From assembly GCF_006345805.1 (NCBI RefSeq), contig NC_043019.1:30379360-30443359 (forward strand): a DNA stretch of 64,000 nt. Direction: 5' to 3'. Within the stretch, counting starts at the first letter, position 1; every line of letters begins with the position of its first letter. Both the position numbers and the translations under genes were made by a program. This DNA is from Octopus sinensis (Eukaryota). The notes under the pieces are model-generated. The model searched no databases and was not told where the DNA came from. It was given only the letters and a program-made list of their open reading frames with translations. Positions 53,882 through 64,000 of this stretch are shown one piece after another.

Positions 53882-54551
53882 CTGCATTTGTCCTGCACCA
53901 CCGCTTTGATAACTAATATTGGTGTGTTTACATCCCTGTAACTTAGTGGTTCAGCAAAAGTGATCGATAGAATAAGTACCAGGCTTAGAAAAGTATATTC
54001 TGGGGTTGATTCATTTGACTAAAATTCTTCAAGGCAATGCCCCAGCATGGCCGCAGTCTAATGACTGAAACAAGCAAAAGATAAAAGATATATTTTTCTT
54101 CTGTTGAAATTCTTTAGGATTCAGATTTCTCTGAGAAATATAACATTCACCTTATTTTGAATTAATCATGTATTATCTTGTAGCTTCGAAATTTCAACGG
54201 TGTTATTGTTTATTTGTAGAATGACATTGTAGGGTAGGTGTGAGAGGCCAGATCTGGCCAGTTTGAACATAAAGACAGGTAAAATATTTGGGCTGGATAT
54301 GGCCAATTTAAATGCTAATGAATTAAAGAGATGTTTCAAATAGACACTATATTCCCCAAAATCATCTAAATATAAAAATGTCTTAAGTTATGTATCAAAC
54401 ATCATCTTAGGACATCCGTGTAATTTGTCTTATGTTAACCCTTTAGCATTCGGATTACTCTGTCATATGTCATGCTTATTTATCCCGATTGTTACCTATT
54501 GTTTTGAATTAACCATGCATTATCTTATAGCTTCAGGATTTCAGTGATATG

Positions 54552-54601
<50 letters not shown>

Positions 54602-55899
54602 GAATGACATTGTAGGGTAGGTATGAGAAGCTGGATCCAGGCAGTTTGAACAGAAAACAAGTAGAATATCTGGGCCAGATATGGCTGGTTTAAATGCTAA
54701 AGGCTTAAAGATATGTATCAAATATACGCTATATTCCCCAAACCATTTAAATATTAAAAAATATCGTAAGTTATGTATCAAACATCATCTTAAGACATCA
54801 ATGTAATTTGTCTTATGTTAAGGTATTTTTATTTTGTTACTTGTCTTAGTCACTGGATTGCAGCTATTCTGAGAGTTTAGTTGATCAAGCCAACCCAAGC
54901 ACCTGTTTATAAGAATAGTATTTATTCTACATCTCTTTTGATGAACTGCTAGGTTACAGGCGTATATACAATCCAACATCAGTTGTCAAGTGGTGAGAGA
55001 GAACAACAAGAATGCACACTTGCATAAGGAAGGGCAGCTTGCCAGCTGCAGTCAAAACCAGCCAGCATGGAAGACAGGCGTATGATGATTATGATGTGTT
55101 TCTAGCTAACTAGATCTACACACACACACACACACACACACACGTGTGATGGCCTATAGCAGAAGACACTTGACCAAGATGCCTTGCAGTCGGATGAACC
55201 TGAAACCACATGGCTGTGAAGCAAACCTCATAAACCACACAGCAAGGCTGGTATCTATGTTTCTAAAACCATTTCAATAGACTAAAGTCCTCTGTTATGC
55301 CCTAAATCCCTCCAAATTGTTACATTAATTTCAAAATTAATTGAAATACATAGGTCGTGTGTGTGTGTGTGTGTAATAGTTGTTAAGCATGTGATTAAAA
55401 ACATTATAGAGTTATAGATATAATTGGAAAGATTGTTATCTTCTCTGTTGTCCCATAGATAAATCATTTCTGACAAGGAAACAAATTTATTACCAAGCAG
55501 GACAGAGATAAGAAACTTATTAGAAAACAAGATATTCATTAACACTTCTTGTGAGACTCTAAGAGAAATCCTCACAGCAGTAGCAGCTGGAATGAATAGT
55601 AGTACTAGTTTAGACCGGATCAGCTCTGATCCAGTAAACATATCTAAGATCAAAGATATCCTAGCAATGAAATGACCATCCTGTCTGTTTTGTTTGTTTG
55701 TTGTTTGTTTCTCGAGACAGAATATCTATGACTACATTTTCTTATGTGTTCTTCCTTAAGAAAGATGTGATTCGCAGTAGATTTGGCTGCTTGTTTCAAC
55801 AAGTTAAGCAACCAAAGAATTTACCAAGAGATTCAGTACTGTTTCTAGCAACAACTGCTCCCATTCCTACCATCAGCTGATGTAACATTGGCGGCAAGC

Positions 55900-56806
55900 T
55901 GGCTGCTAAAAGCAACACACTGATATGGATAAGGACAGCTGTATAAAGAAGTGCCAATTTCTGACTGTGGAGGGAACCTGTCGAAAAGGTAGACCCAAGA
56001 TGACATGGGACGAGGTGGTGAAGCATGATTTTTAAACATTGTGCCTCACAGAGGCAATGACTAGTAACCGATACTTTTAGTAATATGCCGTGCTTGAGAA
56101 GGCACATCAAGTCAAGTGAAACCATAGTCGTGGCCAATGCCAGCATCATGCAACTGGCACCCAAGCCAGTGACATGCAAAGAACACCTTTTGAATGCTGT
56201 GCCTCACGGAGGCAATGTGGCTACTGCCAATGTCATGTAACTAGCACCTGTGCTGGTGTCACATTAAAAGCACCTTTCAAGTGCTGGGCCACACAGAGGT
56301 AATGACAAATGACTGAGACCTTTGGTAATATGAAATGTTTGAGTAGACCCATCAAGCTTAGTGAAATTGTAGTTGTAGCAGATACTAGTGTCACACAACT
56401 GGCACTTATGCCAATGGCACGTAAAAGCACCCATTAAACTCAGCATTAGGAAGGGCATCCAGCTGTAGAAACCATACTAAATCAGGTGGCGAGCTGGTAG
56501 AACTGTTAGCACACTGGGTGAAATGCTTAGCGATATTTTGTCTGCCGTTACGTTCTAAGTTCAAATTCCGCTGAGGTCGACTTTGCCTTTCATCCTTTTG
56601 TGGTCGATAAATTAAGTACCAGTTACACACTGGGGTCGATGTAATCGAATTAGTCCCTTTGTCTGTCCTTGTTGTCCCCTCTGTGTTTAGCCCCTTGTGG
56701 GCAGTAAAGAAATAAGAAACCATACCAGATCAGACTGGAGTCTGGTGCAGCCCTGGTCAAACTGTCCAACCCATGCCACTACGGACAATGGACATTAATG
56801 ATGATG
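55900..56806 (+). mobile_element. RTE-clade LINE 3' end (coding remnant, repeat-containing 3' UTR, (GAT)n tail) with nested SINE
   Basis: MDKDSCIKKCQFLTVEGTCRKGRPKMTWDEVVKHDF at ~55925-56032 with stops downstream; continues into the ggcattaggaagggcatccagctgtagaaac body and an atgatgatga tail. Confidence 0.75.
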
Positions 56807-59470
56807 AAAAACAAGAGAAAGCAAAAGATGAAGACTTTCAGATGAATATTTAAGTACAAATACATAGACAATTATATTAATAGATCCAACTTAAACAGAG
56901 TACAAACAACAGAAGTATGTGTGCGTGTATAATATGATACACACGCACACACAAGCACTCCCTTCAAGGGACTTTTATTTACTAATTGCTTGGAAAATCT
57001 CAGATGACTGAAGTTTTTCAACTCACTACGTCATGTAGGCAAGAGCATTTGCATATTAAATACAATCACAGGGAGACCTCCTCACATATGTGAAATGTGC
57101 CATGTTAAATGGTTTGATTAATTCAATGTCACGTAAGTATACAAGTAATCAAAAGATAATTCCCATGTTTGTTTGCTTTTTTTTTATTATAAATTAGCCT
57201 TCAGATCATCCTTCTGTAACTACTTCATTAAAATATTAGCCTGTAAAGCTACATTAAACATTAACCAGGAATCTCATCAAATATCAATCAAAATTTTTTT
57301 TTTTATTCTTTTACTTGTTTCAGTCATTTGACTGTGGCCATGCTAGAGCACTGCCTTTAGCCAAGAAAATTGACCCCAGGACTTATTTTTTGTAAACCTA
57401 GTACTTATTCTATCAGTCTCTTTTGCCGAACCGCTAAGTTACGGGGACGTAAACAAACAAGAATCAGTTGTCAAGCAATGTTGGGGGGACAAACACAGAC
57501 ACAAACATACACACACACATACATAAATATATATATATAATATATATACACACATATATACGACAGGCTTCTTTCAGTTTCTGTCTACCAAATCCACTCA
57601 CAAGGATTTGGCCAGCCTGACGTTGTAGTAGAAGACACTTGCCCAAGGTGCCACGCAGTGGGACTGAACCTGGAACCATCTTAATGACTAAAAATAAAAA
57701 GGAAAATTTCTTTCTCTCTCTCTCTCTATATATATCTATATATATATATATATATATATATCATCGGTTAACGTCCACTTTCCATGCTAATAAGCAGTAT
57801 TTAAATATATATCAATAACTACAATAAACATAGACAGGTAAACAGCTAGAAATAGCTGCAAGTTTTTCCACAGATGTTGACTTGTAAAAACTCAAGAGAA
57901 ACATTCAAGATATCAGTTTTCACTGGTCTAGGAGGGCCTGCAAAGACCATGGACACTGCTTCTTTCTCCAAACTCAACAAATATTTAAAAAAATAAACAA
58001 ATAATTTGAAAAAGCTAGTTTGTAAGATTTCATTTTCTGTATAAGCCATATATTTCAACAAATATATAAACCTGTTTAATAAGATCTGGGTCATATTTTT
58101 AACTGGTGCAGACAGACAAAACATTTTAAATTTATATTTCATCTAGTTTCAGCTCACAAGCTGTGACCATGCTGGGGCACCGCCATTGTGTAAAAAAAAA
58201 AAGAAAGAAAGAAAGAAAAGCAATTTAATTCTCTATTTTGCTGAGTAATCCATATTATAAAATAAATTCATGTCTTTTTCTCTTTTTTTTGTTTTGCTCC
58301 AGTTGTTCTGAGATTGCTGAAAGGTCACTTAAATTGAAGCAATGAATCAAAACAAGTCAGCTTTGGCGGTTGTGCTATTGTTGGACCAGAGATATGACAA
58401 GAAAACAAAAAAAGAAAATGGTCACCAAGGGAGGGAGTGCACAAACACATGGAATGAATAAATAACAGCAAAGCATTGTTGTTGCTGTTTACCCCTTCAG
58501 ATCAGGTTTGATCATTTATGCTCAAAGACAAATCAGCCACAACCATCCTATCATGCCTGTCCCGTCCTATATATTTTTTTTATTTTTTAAAGGGCAGCAG
58601 AGTATGATTTAAGAGGAGAATTTATTTCTTTACTACCCACAAGGGGCTAAACATAGAGGGGACAAACAAGGACAGACAAAGGGATTAAGTCGATTACATC
58701 GACCCCAGTGCGTAACTAGTACTTAATTTATCGACCCCGAAAGGATGAAAGGCAAAGTCGAGGAGAACTGGCAGCTAATTCTAGCAGGTTGAGCAACCAG
58801 ATAGATGCTCACTCTCTGATTGGTACAGTATAGTATCCATTATACACTATGGTGTGGTACTGTAATTGTTTAACCCCAGTTCATTCCTGATTGAAATAGA
58901 TTTATCATCATTTTAACATTCACTTTTCCATGCTCACATTGGCCAGACAGAGTTTATTGAAGCAGACTTTCTATGGCCAGATGCCCTTCCTGTCACCAAC
59001 CCTCACCTGTTTCCAGGCAAGGTAATATTTCCTTATGGCCAAAGTTTTTCTTGCACAATACTGGAAATGAATGACACAGCTACTGTGACAATTACACTCA
59101 TAACTATCACACAATGTCAAAATAAGAAGATACACACACAAACTGGTTTTACTCAGTCAACCAAATGCACTTACAAGGCTTTGGTTGATCCAGATTTGTA
59201 AGAAGACACTTGTCCTGGGCACCACAGTGGGACAGAACACAGAACCAAACTTCTTACCACACAGCCACACTTGTACCTATAAACAAGGATATTTCAGCCA
59301 AGGTCATCTTGTCCTATTTTTTTTAGATCTATGGAACACGCGGTCAGATATATTTTCTTGGAATTGTTTTTAAGACAGCAGGGTGTATTGTGTGATCTGG
59401 TTGTTGTCTATAGCCTGAGAGATGATCTAAAGTTACATTTGTTACCTAAAAGGATGTCCTGTAACCTTAC

Positions 59471-59496
59471 CAGGTACCACTTTAGGTTTTAAATTT
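59471..59496 (-). CDS. Candidate 26-nt exon (phase 2 to 1: NLKPKVVP)
   Basis: ctttttttcttttgacattttag|aaatttaaaacctaaagtggtacctg|gtaagg; only one frame is open. Confidence 0.5.
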
Positions 59497-62469
59497 CTAA
59501 AATGTCAAAAGAAAAAAAGCTTCCGGTTTGAGCTGCCTCACAGAAGCTCCCCTATTGGCTCACAGCATGAAGAGACATGTAAATAACTTGATTTTTTTAC
59601 AGGTCATTAGCACACTACAGAACATTTATCTGCTGATATACATTTGTACATTTTTGTTTTGCTTTAGGAGCGATCTAAGACAAAATACAAGAATATATCA
59701 TTGGTTTGTTTTAACCATCACAACTGGAGCACATGGGACATAATCATTGGAGCACAGCATTCATAAACGTTCTTGGTTAAAATTAAGTTTGGATACAATA
59801 AATTATTACAAGGGGGAAGAAAAAAATGACTACCAATGAGATTGAACCCGCAAGTCCAAGTCTTGATATAGCAATTAGAAAAATAGAAATTTGTTCAGAT
59901 ATATAACCTAAGTCTGTTACATTAACACAGGGCTGCAAATTTGAAAAAAAAAGGTTATAACAGAGATTTGAATCAATTCCAATATATAACTGATGCTTCA
60001 TTTATATTAACTCAGGAAAAGATTGGTATCTGCCAAAGAGGGAAGCCTCCAAGTGGTTGACCAACCTACTAAACAGAAACAGTAGCTAATTCTTCCACAA
60101 ATCACACTAAGTTACTATCTTAAAAATATATTCCCTTTATTCATAAGACCTTGCAAAGTACTTGGTGACCCTGTCGTTGCTGGCATCACATAAAAAGTAC
60201 AGGAGCAGGTGTCACATAAAAAAGGCACTGGTGCTGGCGCCATGTAAAAAAAAAAAGCAATGGTGCTGGTTCCACTTAAAAAGCATCAAATACACTGTCG
60301 AGTGCTTAGTGTTAAGAGAGTAATCAAGCTGTAGAAATCATACCAAAACAGACATTGGAACCTGGTGCAGCTCGTGCTCTTGCCAGCTCCAGTCAAACCA
60401 TCCAACCCATGGCAGTATGGAAACCAGATGCTAAATGATGATGATGATGACATACTGAATTACAGAACAATGAAATTACGAGTGCAAACATTTAATTATT
60501 TTTAGACAGAGCCTCTGGCCCAGATGCCTGCAACATTGTGTATTCCAAAATCAACTCTGGAGAAATAAAAAGTAATAGCGAACCACAATAACACCTGATC
60601 TGTAAAAGAATGTCATTAAACAAAGCAAAGATACTTAGTCCAGTAAACACTATCAAACACATATAATATAATATATGTACTTTGCTAGTTTGCCAGTAGG
60701 CTGCAATTTGGTGTGGGCAGGCAAGCAAAACACATACTTCGGGTATATGTGTTTGATAATGTCAACACCACCAGCACTGTTTCTAACTCACATTTGAACA
60801 TAGTACAGTGTTCTGCTTTGGCCATTCTGCAGTACTTTAGTACAAGCCAATGAAGGAGACTATTTCAGGGCTGGAAGAACCATTTTAGTACCAAGCACAA
60901 ATTACAAGAGCATAAGAACCTGTAGGATTTCATCCTTAACCCCTTTTGTTACCCTATTTATTTTGAACCACACCATCTTTATTTTTAATTGATTTTGAAA
61001 ATAGTAAAGAATTTACTAAAATATCTTGGTCATTACTGCAGTAAGTGAAATATAAATTAAGATGAAATTTTCAGGTGCAGGAGTGGCTTACATGGTTCTG
61101 GGTTCAGTCCCACAGTGTGGCACCTTGGGCAAGTGTCATCTACTATAGCCACAGGCTGACCAAAGCCTTGTGAGTGGATTTGGTAGACTGAAACTGAAAG
61201 AAGCCTGTCATATGTGTGTGTGTCTGTTTGTCCCCCACCATCATTTGACAACCAGTGTTGGTTTGTTTACATCCCTGTAACTTAGCAGTTCAGCAAAAGA
61301 TACCAAACAATAAGTACCAAGTTTTAAATAAATAAAACAGTAGGGTAGATTCATTCAGTTAAGACCTTTCAAGGCACGACCCAAGAGTTGTTGCAGTCCA
61401 ATGATAAACAAGTAAAAACAATAAAAAAGAAAAGAAAAAGATCTCTAGAAAGCAACTACATCTTAATTTCTCAGTTTTCCAGGTTTCTGTATCCAAAGAC
61501 CAAGTCTGTTCCCCCATTCATCTAAGCTTTCACAAACCAGCAACCAATGACAGCACACCCAACCAACAGATATTTAAATACAGATTATTGTTATCTTATA
61601 TAATTGCATCTGTATGTGTGTGTGTGTGTGTGTGACTTTGTATAAACAACTATTCATGATGAGACCAGAGCAAAGATAAGTAGTGCCAATTCTGGAGAAT
61701 TGGACCAGCTGGGAAAACCATTTACAATATAATACTCAAGTACTTGTAACCTAAATGAAATTAGATAAGATGTCTGGAGTAAAATTTCATTGTCATCATC
61801 GTCGTGAGCAGATAGAAGCATTAACACACGGGACAAAATGTTTAGCAGCATTTTGTCTGTCTTTACATTCTGCATTCAAATTCTGTTGATGTTGACTTCA
61901 TCTTTCATGGTTCATGAAATAAGTACCAGTCAAGCACAAGGGTCAATGTAATCAACTAGCCCCAACATCTTAAAAATTTCAGGCTGTGTACCTATAGTAG
62001 AAAGGATTATTACTATTATTAGAGCAGTAGATTTGCAGAATCCTTACTGTTGGGGAAAAGGCTTTGCAGTATTTGTTCTGGCTTTACAATCTGAGTTCAA
62101 ATCTTCTTGGGGTCATCTTTGTCTTTCACTCCTTCAGGATCAATAAAATTCAGCGCCAGTCAAGCACTGGGGGTGGATAGTATTGACTAAGACCTTCCCC
62201 ATAAAATTGTTAGCTTTGTCCTAAATTAGAAATAATAATGATAATGATGTCAAATTTTGGTACCAAGGCCAGCAATTTTGGTGAAGTAGGTGGGTGGGGG
62301 TTATAAATCGATTAAATCAACCCCAGTGCTCTCAACTTGTACTTATTCCATTGACTCCAAAAGAATGAAAAGCAAAGTCAATCTTGTAGGAATTTGAACT
62401 CAGAAGGTAAATACAGACAAAAATACTGCTAATCACTTTGCTTGGTGTCCTAACGATTCTGCCAACCGT

Positions 62470-62858
62470 TTGCCGGTGGCACATAAAAAAGCACCAACCA
62501 AACATAGCCGATGCCAGTACCCCAAGACTGGCTCCTGCACAGGTGGCATGTAAAAAGCACCAACAGATCGTGGCTGATGCCAGTACCCACTGACTGGCTC
62601 TTGCGCCAATGGCATGTAAAAAGCACCATCTGAACGTGATCGATGCCAGGCCTGCCTGACTGGTTCCTGTGCTGGTGGCACATAAAAAGCACCCACTACA
62701 CTCTTGGAGTGGTTGGCATTAGGAAGGGCATCCAGCTGTAGAAACATTGCCAGATTAGATCGGAGCCTGGTGCAGCCGCTGGCTCTCCAGACCATAGTCA
62801 CACTGTCCAACCCATGCTAGCATGGAAAATGGACATTAAACGGTGATGATAATGATGA
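62470..62858 (+). mobile_element. RTE-type 3' UTR-derived repeat (further fragments at ~4335-4530, 41340-41520, 45590-45750, 60150-60450)
   Basis: ggtggcacataaaaagcacc tandem units, shared body, (GAT)n tail. Confidence 0.75.
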
Positions 62859-63344
62859 CACCAAGAAAATATAATCACACCACACAAAACTTAATCATAA
62901 GCAGCATGCAACCAGAATCCTCATGAACTGACCCAAATATTCAATGTCATAATCACAGAGGATCAGACAGCAGCTCATTTTGTAACATATGGTAAAACTA
63001 CATCTCAATAACAAGCCTTTCACTTCAGACTCACAAAGCTCAGGTCAGACCCACAAATGACTACTGTGTTAACATCTGGGATAGTGCTTGCTGTTGTTGC
63101 TATATCCAGCTACTAGTAGCTGGATATAGCAACTGATTGGCATAAAGTCAATCTCGCACAATTTAGCCTCTACTGTCCAAGCTTGTTTCTTTGTGTTTGT
63201 CACCACAAACTCGTTTAGGCTTAGCAGCCCCTGCTGTTTGATTTCACTGTCAAAATGGGTGACAAAAGGTCACCCATTTTGACCCTCTTCAAAATCCCAA
63301 ATTTTATTTAATTTGCTTTGCGGGAGAAACTGTTTTATCTAAGG

Positions 63345-63407
63345 CATATTTTGTCGTGAAAAGCTCGAAATATGGATTAGAAAAATAGCCGACAACTGAT
63401 GAAGGGT
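63345..63407 (+). ncRNA. Hammerhead-ribozyme-like motif with non-standard strand order
   Basis: CTGATGA (63396-63402), CGAAA (63366-63370) and an NUH site (ATT, 63348-63350), with three complementary stems in the correct register (see findings). Confidence 0.55.
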
Positions 63408-63477
63408 CATTGTTTGTGTCGTTTGTCTTGTTTTCCATATTTTTTTGTTGTTTACGTTTTGTGACGTCCTGTGCCCA

Positions 63478-63689
63478 CATATGCATGTACGTATACATGT
63501 AAATATGTACATATACATATGTATATATGCACACATGCATGCATATGCACATATATATGCATGCATATGCATATATACTCACATGTATATATATATATAT
63601 AATATATATATATATGCATATATATATATACATATATGCATATATATATATACATGCATATATATATATGCATATATATATATACATGC

Positions 63690-63720
<31 letters not shown>

Positions 63721-63774
63721 TATATGTATGCACACACATATATACATGCATATGTGTGTGTGTATATATATATA

Positions 63775-63830
<56 letters not shown>
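63478..63830. repeat. Compound (TA)/(TG)/(TGCA) microsatellite
   Basis: Direct inspection; similar blocks at 19611-19669, 22272-22425, 39158-39488, 44637-45062, 53799-53878. Confidence 0.95.
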
Positions 63831-63832
<2 letters not shown>

Positions 63833-64000
63833 GTACGATGTGTTTGGGTATGTGTCAGTGTGCGACACGTAAATTCCACGAGGAACGTCATGGGATGGTA
63901 ATGGAAAAAGATTCTAAGTGGCGACGCAATAAAAAAAACCACGAACTCTATCACATGCTGTCATTCTCCATTTTGTGTGAATGGAAACATTCATCGAACA

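Noticed and set aside
57846-57937. Acceptor gtctttgcag followed by GPPRPVKTDILNVSLEFLQ... in frame with the 26-nt exon
   Set aside because: Short pyrimidine tract, no clear donor or poly(A) evidence.
59471-59496. Naming the host gene (e.g. a BK/Slo channel linker) from the NLKPKVVP peptide
   Set aside because: Peptides are too short and the junction phase does not match what I know of that gene; no symbol assigned.
63304-63954. Longest ORFs (216 aa and overlapping), plus similar ones at 22230-22587 and 44656-45036
   Set aside because: Translations of (TA)/(TG)/(CA) microsatellites ([12 protein letters not shown]).

Overview
AT-rich, repeat-saturated eukaryotic genomic DNA. The repeat families (several tRNA-headed SINEs with CORE-like or Meta/Nin-like bodies, RTE-clade LINE 3' ends, TTAA/hAT/Merlin-type MITEs, Helitron/Helentron remnants, dense microsatellites) look like those of an octopod cephalopod; this is inferred from recognition, not from a search. 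No long ORF or recognisable protein domain is present, and almost all entries in the ORF track are microsatellite or SINE artefacts. One initiator Met-tRNA copy with three CpG-type substitutions is present. On the minus strand I find a series of short segments bounded by splice signals (3-33 nt and a few longer ones, many frame-preserving in phase 1, several with upstream TGC motifs). They suggest the window lies inside a large, heavily alternatively spliced gene that I cannot name. The most unusual signal is a complete set of hammerhead-ribozyme core elements at 63345-63407 whose three strands occur in the reverse of the standard type I/II/III order. Two Merlin-like MITEs also sit at almost the same position of the same host repeat. 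Repeat boundaries without a stated TSD are approximate.
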